From Candidatus Thorarchaeota archaeon (lineage in GTDB: Archaea > Asgardarchaeota > Thorarchaeia > Thorarchaeales > Thorarchaeaceae), in contig JAWOEX010000035.1 in the NCBI GenBank assembly GCA_046482545.1, forward strand, positions 1 through 64,000: a stretch of DNA of 64,000 nt. Reading direction: 5' to 3'. Positions 49,319-59,866 of the stretch are shown piece by piece (the stretch's first letter is position 1; each line of letters starts with the position of its first letter). The notes beneath the pieces are model-generated. The model saw nothing but the letters and a program-made list of their open reading frames with translations. It was not told the origin of the DNA and ran no database searches. The translations under genes and the position numbers were made by a program.

Positions 49319-49320
49319 AA

Positions 49321-50997
49321 CTACTTGCCTCTCCTTTTTCTTTGTTGTAGCGCAGCCTTAATGAAGTGAACGTAGAGTGGATGGGGTTCGTCGGGGCGAG
49401 ATTTGAATTCAGGATGGTATTGAACACCAATCCAGAAAGGGTGGTCATCTATTTCTACAGCGTTTATTATGCGCTTGGTCTTATCATAGGCAGAAACAAC
49501 CAGCCCTTCACGCCCCATCTTGTTCACATATCGATTTATGAGATGGAATCTGTGTCTGAAACGTTCTCGTGTTCTGGACGCATTGTATACGTTGTGAAGA
49601 TGAGTTCCCTCTACAATCAGGACTTCTTGGCCTCCAAGACGCATTGTTCCGCCTTTGCTTTCAATTGTCTTCTGTTCATCCAAGAGGTCCACAACTGGAT
49701 AGAGACTTTCTTCGTCTACTTCGGTAGTATGAGCACCCTGCCAACCCATAACCTCACGTGCAAAGGCAACTATACCTAATTGAGCTCCATAACATATGCC
49801 CAAAAAAGGAATTTTTGATTCAAATGTGGCTGCTGCTGCATTTATCATGCCCTCAACACCACGTTCACCAAATCCAGGAGTCAACAGAACACCATCTACC
49901 GAATCCAGGTCATCCTCAATGGATTCCTTGTCGTAGCAATCTTCTGTTTCAATCCACTTCCGTTCAACCTTGGCACCAAGTGTAGCAGCTGCATGCGACA
50001 GAGCTACATTTATGCTCTTGTAGGAGTCACTTAATGTGGTATATTTTCCAGGCATTCCTATTACGACTTTCTTAGTTGGTGTTTCGAATGACCGCACTAT
50101 CTCTCTCCACATATCTGTATGAGGTTCTCTCGGTTCCATGCCCAGATGATTCATCAAAATATCGCCAAGGTTTTGGTCCTCAAAGAATAGTGGTAACCGA
50201 TAGATAATAGGGATATCAGGATTCGAGATCACTCGCTCTTGAGACACATTGCAGAATAATGCAATTTTGTTCTTCTCGGAATCTCCTAGTTCGCTTTCGG
50301 CCCTACAGACTATCATATCCGCTTGCAGACCCAACCCCTGCAGTGTCCGTATACTATGTTGAGTAGGTTTTGTTTTGAACTCCCCCGTTGATTGAAGAAA
50401 TGGAACGAGTGTGACATGGACAAAGGCAACTCGATCTCTACCAACGTCAATGGCCAGTTGCCTAACTGCTTCGAGAAATGGCATTGCTTCAATGTCACCT
50501 ACAGTTCCTCCTATTTCCACAAGAAGAACGTCGGGGATGGGTTCGTTTCTAACTACATCCCATATTCTTGATTGAATCTCATCAGTAACATGGGGAATGA
50601 TTTGAACAGTTCGACCCAAGAAGCTTCCTTTTCGCTCACCCAAAATTACAGACGTATAGATTTGTCCTGAAGTTATATTCTGGGAAGGATGAACTTCCAT
50701 ACCAGTAAAGCGCTCATATGTCCCAAAATCTAAGTCAATCTCGGAAATCTTGAACTCAAAATCACCTGCTGGACTGAATATCCATGGCTTATCAGTAACA
50801 AAGACTTCGCCGTGCTCAATTGGATTAAGAGTTCCAGGATCAATGTTAAGATATGGATCGATTTTTATTATTCGAATATCGTAGTCCCTAAACTGAAACA
50901 GTTTTGCCAGCGATGCCGTTGTAACGCCTTTACCAATTCCTGATAGTACTCCACCTGTCACGAATACAAAACGTGTTTCAGAATCTTGGTCGCTCAA
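49321..50997 (-). CDS. pyrG: CTP synthase
   Basis: [52 protein letters not shown]. Confidence 0.97.
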   Translation of the reverse strand: MSDQDSETRFVFVTGGVLSGIGKGVTTASLAKLFQFRDYDIRIIKIDPYLNIDPGTLNPIEHGEVFVTDKPWIFSPAGDFEFKISEIDLDFGTYERFTGMEVHPSQNITSGQIYTSVILGERKGSFLGRTVQIIPHVTDEIQSRIWDVVRNEPIPDVLLVEIGGTVGDIEAMPFLEAVRQLAIDVGRDRVAFVHVTLVPFLQSTGEFKTKPTQHSIRTLQGLGLQADMIVCRAESELGDSEKNKIALFCNVSQERVISNPDIPIIYRLPLFFEDQNLGDILMNHLGMEPREPHTDMWREIVRSFETPTKKVVIGMPGKYTTLSDSYKSINVALSHAAATLGAKVERKWIETEDCYDKESIEDDLDSVDGVLLTPGFGERGVEGMINAAAATFESKIPFLGICYGAQLGIVAFAREVMGWQGAHTTEVDEESLYPVVDLLDEQKTIESKGGTMRLGGQEVLIVEGTHLHNVYNASRTRERFRHRFHLINRYVNKMGREGLVVSAYDKTKRIINAVEIDDHPFWIGVQYHPEFKSRPDEPHPLYVHFIKAALQQRKRRGK

Positions 50998-51117
50998 ATG
51001 AATATCCTCACATTCAGGAAATAAGGGAATATGTATTCCCTGATTTTGTACTCGCTAACCCCTGGGGGGGTTTAAGTTATTCGTTGATTATAGACACTGC
51101 GGCCTAGAGTGAACTCT

Positions 51118-51696
51118 CTAACTGGGAGAAACAAGCAATTTCGAACGCATAGCGTTATCGAAAATCATTTGGAAAGCCTGCATAATATTTGTTCCATCAA
51201 GTGCAATACTATGCAATACCTCAACTGAGTTTGGTATCCCAATTTCTCTTCGAAATTCCGTTTCGTGTACTGTATTCGGTAAATCCTGTTTGTTCAGACA
51301 AATTACAATAGGGAGGGGGGTGTCTTGTAAATCAAGCATTGTATTTAGTTCGTCCCAGCTTGCTATATTGTCATCTAGTAGATGCCTCTGTGAATCTGCA
51401 ATGAAGATGAGACCATCTGTCCCTACAAGCACAATCTCTCTTGTTGATTTATAGAAGTCCTGTCCCGTTGCAGACCATATATGGGCGTCTATTGTCCAGT
51501 TATTGTCCAAAAGGAAGGAGATTGAACCGTAATCACAAAACATAGTTCGGCCGACAGTATTCTCTATTGATGTCAACTCCTCAAGATAATCAAATGCCGA
51601 GAAGAGCCAACGGATTGCAGTTGTCTTACCACTCATGGCGGGACCATAGAAGACAATCTTTAATGAAATCGTTTTGGAGCCATAGTCGACTATCAA
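51118..51696 (-). CDS. MglA-like small GTPase
   Basis: KIVFYGPAMSGKTT, GRTMFCD, ATGQ, GTDGLIFIADS, NKQDL. Confidence 0.9.
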   Translation of the reverse strand: MIVDYGSKTISLKIVFYGPAMSGKTTAIRWLFSAFDYLEELTSIENTVGRTMFCDYGSISFLLDNNWTIDAHIWSATGQDFYKSTREIVLVGTDGLIFIADSQRHLLDDNIASWDELNTMLDLQDTPLPIVICLNKQDLPNTVHETEFRREIGIPNSVEVLHSIALDGTNIMQAFQMIFDNAMRSKLLVSPS

Positions 51697-51721
51697 ATGT
51701 AAATCACCTTGCTCATCATTA

Positions 51722-52645
51722 TCATGTTCCTCCCCCCCACATACTATCTACCCAAGCTCCAAGACCAGAGAATCTACCATTTCTCACACAATCAGAGAAA
51801 TCCTCATGCCACTCTGCATGTATGAGCCTTAGAATAGAATCTATATCTCCATACTTCCAGCCAATTGCCTCACAGAGACTTCTATCAGTTAGAGTTATGG
51901 AAGCGCCCATCTCTCTAGCGAGTCTAACTCTGGAGAGTATTGTAGCTGCTCGTCGCGCAGCATGAATGTATTTGTTTACCTCTTCCTTAAATACATCGCT
52001 TGTCAGTTTCTTTGCCTCGTCTTCCAATTGCAGGACAATTTGCATTATCTGAGGTGATACATTCAAGTCACGAAGCGATTTGCTGAGGAGTCTGCGAATT
52101 CGTTCAAGTGATTGTTTTCTCTTGATGGATATTTTCTTCACAATACTCCTTTCGAGTTCCAAGTTTCCTTCTGGATGCTTGGCGAGCGAGAATGTCATAA
52201 CCGAGGGGGATTCAACTAGTATCGTCCCAACATTGCCACAATGTTCCAAGGCTTTCTCTCTGATAACTGAGTGAGGGTTCGTGCTTGCGGAAGCCGGCAA
52301 AGAACCTGCAGTAGGAAGGGCAATCATCCAACTTGAGAAATTAGATATCCGTTCAACTAGCAGTTCGACATTAGAAGAGAAACAACAAAAAACACTTCTA
52401 TCTACTTCGGTATTGTGCTTTTCTTCGTCCCATATCGCCCGGAATTCGTCTTTGGCAGTGAAATCTCGCCAGAAGACCATCTGGTGTCGTTGCGGACAGA
52501 GAAGTGCTAGGCTCGATACCAAATCGTCAAGCAATTCGGAATCGTAGCCTCTGACCAAAAGAGGAATCCGGTTAAAAATGCAATTCAAAGCGTATGGGAA
52601 TTGACCATCAAAAATTTCGATTAGTTCCATCACAGAATAGGTCAT
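51722..52645 (-). CDS. Hypothetical protein, possibly DENN/folliculin-like
   Basis: N-terminal ALNCIFNRIPLLVRGYDSELLDDLVSSLALLCP resembles the cDENN helix-strand-helix signature. Confidence 0.55.
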   Translation of the reverse strand: MTYSVMELIEIFDGQFPYALNCIFNRIPLLVRGYDSELLDDLVSSLALLCPQRHQMVFWRDFTAKDEFRAIWDEEKHNTEVDRSVFCCFSSNVELLVERISNFSSWMIALPTAGSLPASASTNPHSVIREKALEHCGNVGTILVESPSVMTFSLAKHPEGNLELERSIVKKISIKRKQSLERIRRLLSKSLRDLNVSPQIMQIVLQLEDEAKKLTSDVFKEEVNKYIHAARRAATILSRVRLAREMGASITLTDRSLCEAIGWKYGDIDSILRLIHAEWHEDFSDCVRNGRFSGLGAWVDSMWGGGT

Positions 52646-53589
52646 TAATCTCGCCTCGCTACAGTCAATTGGCTATCAGATTTCTTGGAGAAAAGCAAGT
52701 CTCGCAAGTCGTCAGGTAGCGTAGGCCTATTAACGGATGCAGATTCTAAAGCTTGTCTGAGTTCCGAGATATAATGCTTCAGAAGGAGCCGCATAAGGCC
52801 TAGTTTCTGTCTTTCCTTTGAAACCCAGAGACTAAAGACGCCATGTGGAACATCGTAAATGAAATGATGCCGTTCGTTGGTTTCACAGAGCACGGTATGG
52901 AGCTTGCTGTTTCGCAAGGTACGAATGACCTGCTCTGAGGCATCATGAAGTGCAAAAGACATTGCAGCAAGTCGATTGCTCGTGAAACCGTCTAGTGATA
53001 TCCGAACTCCGCCACTCAGTGCCAAGAAAGTCGAATCAACGTGAGATATATTATCATGAACTTGTCGAAGGATGCCTTTTAGCTCAGAAGTCTGTTTCCG
53101 GGTTAGTGATATGACTTCCCGGTCAATTCGTTGGCCGTCTTCTTTGCGTTCAGCAACTGCAAAACCCCGAAGTACATGACGGGTTTCATCTACACTAAAG
53201 GATCGCAAGGGAGGAAGAGAACCATCCATTTGTTCCTTTAGGAGATATGATATTCGAGAGAGAGTACTGCGCATCTCAATGAATAGGGCAGCTAAATTGA
53301 CTCTGGGGGCCGTTGTTATTGTTAAGAAGTAATCAGGATTATGGGGCAGAGAAGCCAAGAATACCTTCGACGTATCTGATTCCATCAACAGATATTTGAA
53401 ATCTCTGTGCACTAGTCTAACAACACCAAATATCCCACACGCCGCAGAAGCTACTGCAAATACCTCATCTTTGCTAAACCAAATACCGGCACTGGCTACT
53501 GGCAATCCATCTTTCTGTATGAGGACGACATTTTCCACTCCAGTAATCAACCGGATATTCTGTAGCGAATCATTGAGTTCGTCAGTCAA
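52645..53589 (-). CDS. Tandem roadblock/LC7 (MglB/LAMTOR-like) domain protein
   Basis: ITGVENVVLIQKDGLPVAS...VNLAALFIEMR and a second unit HVDSTFLALSGG...KLGLMRLLLK. Confidence 0.85.
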   Translation of the reverse strand: MTDELNDSLQNIRLITGVENVVLIQKDGLPVASAGIWFSKDEVFAVASAACGIFGVVRLVHRDFKYLLMESDTSKVFLASLPHNPDYFLTITTAPRVNLAALFIEMRSTLSRISYLLKEQMDGSLPPLRSFSVDETRHVLRGFAVAERKEDGQRIDREVISLTRKQTSELKGILRQVHDNISHVDSTFLALSGGVRISLDGFTSNRLAAMSFALHDASEQVIRTLRNSKLHTVLCETNERHHFIYDVPHGVFSLWVSKERQKLGLMRLLLKHYISELRQALESASVNRPTLPDDLRDLLFSKKSDSQLTVARRD

Positions 53590-53764
53590 GATTTTGGCTC
53601 CGAACTGGTGTGTAGTTCAAAGTAGACTTTTCGACAATGGTATTTAATCACCACACAGTAGATGGAAAGAGAAATCACGCGGGAATCGTCTATGGGAACC
53701 TTAAACGAATATGAGAGAATGGATTACCAACAATATGAAATATCGTCAATTCGCTAAGAAATAA

Positions 53765-55090
53765 CTACATGTGAATCAGAGCAGCATCGGGAACCTCTTG
53801 GAAAATCTCTCTGGCAGCATGGCCGACTTCTGTTCTATGTTCATCAGTTGTATATACACGTATTACATCAAGATAGACCTTCATCATTTCTGCAATATTG
53901 GAGTAATCGGATAAATTATGGGAGTGTCGCTTCCCGTCAATCAATTCAAAGATATTTACTTCCATTGGATTTAGTTGATGAGGGTTATAGGGTACAGATG
54001 GTAGTGTAGGGACATCAACGATTACTTGAGAGGGAAGGACATCAGCAATTGAAGCGATATCTTCCTCTATGCTTCCTCGAACTTTCGGTTTTGTCAGAAT
54101 CTTTGAAACAAAATGATCTTTCGTGTGTAAGACTTTCTCAAATGCAGATTTATACAGAATCCGGTCATCTAGGAGGTTGATAAGTTCTGTAGCCTCTTGA
54201 GCAGCAGGCGAATTCGTTTTATCAATACGGCGTATTTGAGACAGCACGGAATCGTCATGGAGTACCAAGAATTCCTGAGGTGTGGAAAAACTGGTCAATC
54301 CGAGAATCCGGTCAGCAGCCTTCATCATCTGGATAAGCATGATCTCAACGCTTCGAACAGTCTTGTGATAGTATACATTTAGAAACATCTCATATCTTGC
54401 AACTAGGAATGATTCCAAGGCACCTCTAGCGGCCAAATCAAATTCAATCATGCCGTTATCAGAAACAAATATACTGGTAACTAGACGATATATATCTACA
54501 AGTCCGTAATTCACTCCACAATAGAAAGAGTCGCGTATGAGATAATCCATCTTATCCGAATCTACTTGTCCTGCAACAATCCCGCTCAGAACTGCGTCTA
54601 TCTCATTATTTGCTCTTCCTCGTACTAAATCACAGATTCGTTCCTTAGAAGCAGTGCTATCATCCAAGATATCCCCAATTTCACTCTCCCTTATTAGCCA
54701 TTCTGTCACATCTTCATGATTTAATCCACGTTTTTCACCGAGCACCTCTTCGAATACATGACTAAATGGACCATGGCCCAAGTCATGAAGAAGTGCAGCT
54801 ATCCTGACCTCTTGAAGTGTGTCCTCAGACAAATCCATCTGGTTAATGATTCTTCTACCGATTAGACCTGCTACATACATTACACCTAATGAATGACTGA
54901 AACGAGTATGCTCTGCAGTAGGATAAACAAAATGGCCTCCCGAGAGCTGTTTCACATATCTGAGCCGTTGAAAAGCGACTGTATCAATAATTTCCGTTTC
55001 AGTATCTGTGAGACTAATGAAACCATGAACTGGGTCGTTGATGTCAATAGCAAACTCCAAGATAGAACGCTTCCTACGGTTTAGGTTCAA
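53765..55090 (-). CDS. HD-domain dNTP triphosphohydrolase (SAMHD1-like)
   Basis: DPVHG, FQRLRYVKQL, HTRFSHSLG, LLHDLGHGPFSH, DKMDYL.RD. Confidence 0.93.
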   Translation of the reverse strand: MNLNRRKRSILEFAIDINDPVHGFISLTDTETEIIDTVAFQRLRYVKQLSGGHFVYPTAEHTRFSHSLGVMYVAGLIGRRIINQMDLSEDTLQEVRIAALLHDLGHGPFSHVFEEVLGEKRGLNHEDVTEWLIRESEIGDILDDSTASKERICDLVRGRANNEIDAVLSGIVAGQVDSDKMDYLIRDSFYCGVNYGLVDIYRLVTSIFVSDNGMIEFDLAARGALESFLVARYEMFLNVYYHKTVRSVEIMLIQMMKAADRILGLTSFSTPQEFLVLHDDSVLSQIRRIDKTNSPAAQEATELINLLDDRILYKSAFEKVLHTKDHFVSKILTKPKVRGSIEEDIASIADVLPSQVIVDVPTLPSVPYNPHQLNPMEVNIFELIDGKRHSHNLSDYSNIAEMMKVYLDVIRVYTTDEHRTEVGHAAREIFQEVPDAALIHM

Positions 55091-55817
55091 ATGACCTGAT
55101 TTTTCTTATGAGAGTCTCGGTCGTTTCTAGTTCAGATATACATAGAGGAACATGGATACTATCAGCAATTTTGACTGCTAAAGGATCCAGCTCTTCTACT
55201 CCTTGAATCACAACAACTGCAGGTTTGACTGCAACTGATGTACCAATTTGACTTGCTTTTATAGCTACCATGGGAGACCTCCCAGTAGATACATTGGTGA
55301 GAATAGCTGCTCTTTGTGTGGTTCCCCCATACAAACGAAGCAGTTGTTTGGGAGTGAGATTGACAATCGCCTTTACGCTATCCAAAGCCGTGTAACCATA
55401 TATTTCACGGTCAAGTAGGTTACTGTGCGTTAGAATCTTACAATCTAGTTGATCCACTAATAACCTAGCAGGAATTGGAAATCCAAAATCACAACTGTCC
55501 AGAAGTGCGTCCGAAGCAATCTCTGGAGCTAGAAGCTTTTCAAAAGCCATTGCAATCCGGCTACCGTTTTTTGCATCTATGTCGATGAGACCCTCAACGA
55601 ATCGGCGTATAGTACCAACACGTGGCGATTTTCGTCTGCCACTTTCATAGTCACTGATAACGGAGGGGGATACATCCAGATGCTCTGCAAGGTTCTTCTG
55701 CGAAATCTGAAATTTTTCCCGCCAACGTTTCATCACTGCTCCAGGATTATTTTTAGCTAGACATATTTCTCCGGCCATTGCTTCAGCTAAGCGATGGAGC
55801 GTGTCTCCTGGTTCCAT
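55074..55817 (-). CDS. Conserved archaeal XRE-HTH transcriptional regulator
   Basis: AGEI, SPSVISDYESGRRKSP, NVSTGRSPMVAIK. Confidence 0.9.
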   Translation of the reverse strand: MEPGDTLHRLAEAMAGEICLAKNNPGAVMKRWREKFQISQKNLAEHLDVSPSVISDYESGRRKSPRVGTIRRFVEGLIDIDAKNGSRIAMAFEKLLAPEIASDALLDSCDFGFPIPARLLVDQLDCKILTHSNLLDREIYGYTALDSVKAIVNLTPKQLLRLYGGTTQRAAILTNVSTGRSPMVAIKASQIGTSVAVKPAVVVIQGVEELDPLAVKIADSIHVPLCISELETTETLIRKIRSFEPKP

Positions 55818-55937
55818 GTTATCTAACAGTCAGGGTATTCAGATAAGACTTTTGTAGTGTGGAAGAAGGGTTGTTTTGTAGGTCTCAAGGGAGTATGACA
55901 ACCAAAGGACTCAAAGAGGTATCAGAGATTCATCATC

Positions 55938-56720
55938 TTGGTTTTGTTGATGTTCTGGACATTCATTGTCGGTACAGCTGGTTCAGGAAAGTCTATGTTA
56001 GCAGCATCGATGGAAAAATGGCTAACATCTTCTGAGATGAGTGTGACCATTGTAAATTTGGATCCCGGCGTTGAATCTACACCATATACAAGTGATGTTG
56101 ACATACGCGAGTATGTAGATTATTGGCAGTTAATGGAGAAATTCAATCTGGGACCAAACGGAGGGTTAGTAGCGTCAATCGATATGGCGGTGAACCAAAT
56201 TGAAAATCTCAGACAAGAAATATTGGACATGGGAAGAGACTATGTTATTGTAGATTGCCCAGGCCAGATGGAACTTTTTGCGTATCGTAATTCGGGACCA
56301 TTGATGGTTTCAAGCTTGAAAGGTCAAGATGTTGGCCTTTCGCTCTATCTGTTAGACTCAAATATTGCTCGGACTCCCAAAGGGTACCTGTCTTCTATGT
56401 TACTTGGTGTGTCTATCAATATCCGTTTTGGGCTCCCTCAATTGAGCATACTCAGCAAGCCAGATATTCTCACACAAGACGAAGTTGACCGAGTAGTGGA
56501 ATGGTCAAGTAATCAGTTCATGCTAGAAGAGGCTGTTGACGCTTCCACGCAAGGATTAGTCCGGCAATATTCTAGGTCAATACTAAGGCTTCTTGATGAT
56601 ACACAGAGAGGAACAAGAGTCCTTCCGGTATCCGGGAAAATGATGACCGGTATGGAGCAGCTATACGGGGAGATGCAGCGGATATTCGCTGGAGGAGAAG
56701 ATTACAGCCCAGGATGGTAG
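55938..56720 (+). CDS. GPN-loop GTPase
   Basis: GTAGSGKS, NLDPG, LGPNGG, DCPGQMELF. Confidence 0.93.
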   Translation: MVLLMFWTFIVGTAGSGKSMLAASMEKWLTSSEMSVTIVNLDPGVESTPYTSDVDIREYVDYWQLMEKFNLGPNGGLVASIDMAVNQIENLRQEILDMGRDYVIVDCPGQMELFAYRNSGPLMVSSLKGQDVGLSLYLLDSNIARTPKGYLSSMLLGVSINIRFGLPQLSILSKPDILTQDEVDRVVEWSSNQFMLEEAVDASTQGLVRQYSRSILRLLDDTQRGTRVLPVSGKMMTGMEQLYGEMQRIFAGGEDYSPGW

Positions 56721-56729
56721 GATGAGCAA

Positions 56730-57755
56730 TTGCAAGAGTCGTTTGTATTTCTAAGTGGAGAGAACCAATCTCTTGGAAGAAATGAAGTAGAAGCACTATT
56801 AGAAATGCGAGGGGGAACACCAGATATTTCGTGGTTTGGCAGACTAGGAATTTTTGAGGGCGAGGAAAGTCAAACCAAGTTTCTCCGAAATCGAGCTGCG
56901 ATGATCAAGCATAATGGGGTAGTCATCGCCAAAGTCAAAGAGTTTGCTGAAGGAATCGAGCAGATTCCAAAATCGGTAATAGAATCCGTGATTGGGGCTG
57001 ATGAATCATTCCGCATAAGAACACACTCGCTGGATTGGAAAAGCAACATGAAGGTAAGAAAGGAGCTTACTACTCTTCTTGGTGATAGGATACAAGACGT
57101 GACAGGAGCAAATGTGTCCTTGGACAACCCAGACGTGGAATTTCGACTGTTTTTGGTGAAGGGCATGACCATTGTCTGCAAATCTATGAAGTCCATTTTG
57201 CGGCGGCATCTTGTTAAGAAACAGCCTCAAAGACTAGTCTCATTTCATCCTTCAGTTATGAACGCGTTAGTAGCAAGGGCGATGTGCAATCTGGCCCAGC
57301 TCAAGAAGAATGAGATGATGGTTGATCCGTATTGTGGTATAGGAGGAATACTTTTTGAAGCATCACAAATAGGGGCCAATGTCGTGGGGATGGACATCGA
57401 ATGGCTACGTTTACGAGGAGCCGTGAAGAACCTCTCTAGTTTGAAAAATGCAAAATTCAACATCATCCAAGGGGATGCTCAATTCATCCCTGTCAGAGGA
57501 TGTGACAAAATTATTACTGATCCACCATATGGTCGAGCCAGCTCGACATATGGAGCTGAAGCTGAAAATCTTGTCTCTTCGCTATTCGAACAGATACCTA
57601 AGATTCTTGCCGAGGACGGTAAAGCCTGTGTTTGTAGTAGTAGCGAAATGCAGCTAGGTGAGCTAGCCGAGAAAAGAGGTTTGTCTATTGAAAGAAAGGT
57701 CAGTATCAGGGTTCACCGTAGCTTGACTAGAGAAATAGTTGTACTAAAGAGCTAA
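56730..57755 (+). CDS. THUMP-domain tRNA G10 methyltransferase (Trm11/TrmG10)
   Basis: THUMP region, DPYCGIGG, TDPPYGR, VHRSLTR. Confidence 0.88.
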   Translation: MQESFVFLSGENQSLGRNEVEALLEMRGGTPDISWFGRLGIFEGEESQTKFLRNRAAMIKHNGVVIAKVKEFAEGIEQIPKSVIESVIGADESFRIRTHSLDWKSNMKVRKELTTLLGDRIQDVTGANVSLDNPDVEFRLFLVKGMTIVCKSMKSILRRHLVKKQPQRLVSFHPSVMNALVARAMCNLAQLKKNEMMVDPYCGIGGILFEASQIGANVVGMDIEWLRLRGAVKNLSSLKNAKFNIIQGDAQFIPVRGCDKIITDPPYGRASSTYGAEAENLVSSLFEQIPKILAEDGKACVCSSSEMQLGELAEKRGLSIERKVSIRVHRSLTREIVVLKS

Positions 57756-58186
57756 GCACGGACTACATCCCCTTTTTCGGTCCGTGGAGAAAACCATCGC
57801 AGGAAGTCATCGAATTCGCTCCGGCTCACAAACGACAGATGAAGCCTTATGGAACCTAATGAGGGCTTATGCTGTGTTTCATCAATTATTCTTAGTCTGC
57901 CTGAGTACGCAGCCTGTTTATCTAGAAGGATATCACTCTCAAGAGATTCGAGATTGCGAATCAGTCTCGTTCGCACAACATCAAGAATCTGCAAGTCATA
58001 GATTAAATCCCGGATTAAGTCAACCGTGCTACGTTTCTCTGAAACAAAAAGCAATGTCCTCAGATGATCTTCCGAAGTAGTTTCGAAAGAGTGATTTCCA
58101 AACAAATTTGTTACTGCAGCTTTTACTCGCTCAATTTCTTCGGTTGGAAAGACCGGACAGTCAATTCTGAGTTTCAATCGATCCAA
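57752..58186 (-). CDS. UPF0201/DUF54 putative RNA-binding protein
   Basis: VFPTEE.ERV..AV.NLF, KQAA, LGSI, PRT..G. Confidence 0.85.
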   Translation of the reverse strand: MDRLKLRIDCPVFPTEEIERVKAAVTNLFGNHSFETTSEDHLRTLLFVSEKRSTVDLIRDLIYDLQILDVVRTRLIRNLESLESDILLDKQAAYSGRLRIIDETQHKPSLGSIRLHLSFVSRSEFDDFLRWFSPRTEKGDVVRA

Positions 58187-58719
58187 AGCTCCTCTATCCT
58201 CTTTCTGGCTAAACTGCGGATTTCTTCAACTGTTCCTTCGTTGACCAGCATTATGTCACTTAGCGCAATTACCCCACCAAGACCAACTGATATCTCTCTA
58301 AAATCTCTCTCTCTGAAAGACTCTTGGTCTATAGGTGCATCCTTTCGGCCGCGATTCTGTAGCCTCTCGAACCTTGTAGAAGGAGATGCATGAACACAGA
58401 GAATTTTTACGCTCTCGGCGAATTCCTCAAAGACTTCAACTTCCGAAAGGCTTCTACAACCTTCAATTGCAACCAGATTGGATTCTATTCCTTCCAGTTT
58501 GGAAACACACCTTTTTGCTACTGCTCCAGGACCATCTTGTTGACGCATATCAAGCATTACGCTTTTCGTGTTGATGGAATCTGGTTTCAACCCCCGCCGT
58601 TTGGTCTCTGTTCTGATGACATCACCCATCACAATAACAGGAACCCCAACTTCACTGAATTCGTTAGCCACTTCGGTCTTTCCAGAGCCAGGCATCCCGG
58701 TAATCAATATTAAGTCCAT
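58174..58719 (-). CDS. UPF0200 P-loop kinase (dephospho-CoA kinase-like)
   Basis: TGMPGSGK, MGDVIR, RGRKD, RDFRE..GLG. Confidence 0.88.
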   Translation of the reverse strand: MDLILITGMPGSGKTEVANEFSEVGVPVIVMGDVIRTETKRRGLKPDSINTKSVMLDMRQQDGPGAVAKRCVSKLEGIESNLVAIEGCRSLSEVEVFEEFAESVKILCVHASPSTRFERLQNRGRKDAPIDQESFRERDFREISVGLGGVIALSDIMLVNEGTVEEIRSLARKRIEELWID

Positions 58720-58970
58720 TGCATTTTGTCTCCACTAGGATAGTCATCGTCTAGAGGGTAGTTCAAGAGAGTAAATACCATTCCTATTTTGTGTTGTATT
58801 CCTAATGGGTTTTAAGAATCAGGTATATCGGCAGCATGTTAAGTTGTTAGATATATCGGATCAAACATCCCTCTCAAGGAGAAGACATAGAGTAGTAACA
58901 GAATAGGATGGGCTCAAGGTTCACAAACACTATTACCCCCAAGATTCGTTCTTGGAAATGGTGATATGAT

Positions 58971-59549
58971 TTGAGTGATTCAGTACGAGCCTTCCTTAGC
59001 ATAGATATTGAGAATGCAGACCTACTTTCGAAAATAAGTAGGATTCAATCAAAGCTCGACCAAGATGCTGCAAAATTGAAACTTGTATCGCGTGAGAATA
59101 TTCACTTTACAATCAAGTTTTTTGGTGATACATCTCTAGCAAGGCTTAAGCAGATAGAGGACAACCTTGAAGGTACATCCTTTGAGAGTTTTACAATTAG
59201 ATTAGAGGAGGTGGGTGTGTTTCCGAATCTTCGACATCCGAAAATCATATGGATTGGTGTCACAAAGAATTCCAAGAGACTTCAGAGATTGAAGAAGAAA
59301 ATAGATGATAGCATTAGAAATCTCGGATACAGACCGGAGCATAGAGAGTATACACCACACGCAACAATAGCCAGGGTGCGTCACGTAAGAAATAAGCGCG
59401 ATATTGTGAGTTCCATTGATAGTCTATCAGATGTGACAATTGGGGAGATGGTTGTTAGTTCTGTTAGGATGAAGAAGAGTACGTTAACCTCTTCTGGTCC
59501 AATATATGATACTTTGTGGGAAATTAGGGCAAGCAGCAAGAAAGCTTGA
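58971..59549 (+). CDS. thpR: RNA 2',3'-cyclic phosphodiesterase (2H family)
   Basis: Two HxT motifs: HFTIKF and PHATIAR. Confidence 0.92.
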   Translation: MSDSVRAFLSIDIENADLLSKISRIQSKLDQDAAKLKLVSRENIHFTIKFFGDTSLARLKQIEDNLEGTSFESFTIRLEEVGVFPNLRHPKIIWIGVTKNSKRLQRLKKKIDDSIRNLGYRPEHREYTPHATIARVRHVRNKRDIVSSIDSLSDVTIGEMVVSSVRMKKSTLTSSGPIYDTLWEIRASSKKA

Positions 59550-59556
59550 GAAAGGA

Positions 59557-59661
59557 TGGTGGGCCGGGCGTGACTTGAACACGCGGTCTCATGCACCCCA
59601 AGCATGAATCAGTTTGGCCACCTGATAATATCAGGTAGATACCAAGCTAGACTACCGACCC
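59557..59661 (-). tRNA. tRNA-Pro(GGG) with a 28-nt intron in the D-arm (~21/22) and encoded CCA
   Basis: GGGTCGG/CCGGCCC acceptor, CATGC-TTGGGGT-GCATG anticodon arm; BHB TTGG-TAT...CCAA-ACT. Confidence 0.88.
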
Positions 59662-59866
59662 AAGAGTATGATTCATGCGGTAACTAGAGGGCAAGATAAA
59701 GATTGCCTCTTCATCAAGGTGTCACTTGTCTTTAATTCCTGGTAGGAAGGGAGATTTCCGAGTTGTAGAACACGTGTTCTAAATTCACGTACTTTTGTGT
59801 TTTGCAATATGAAATATATGTAATTCATAAGACAAGAATGGAAAGGCATATTGGCGGAAACTGATC

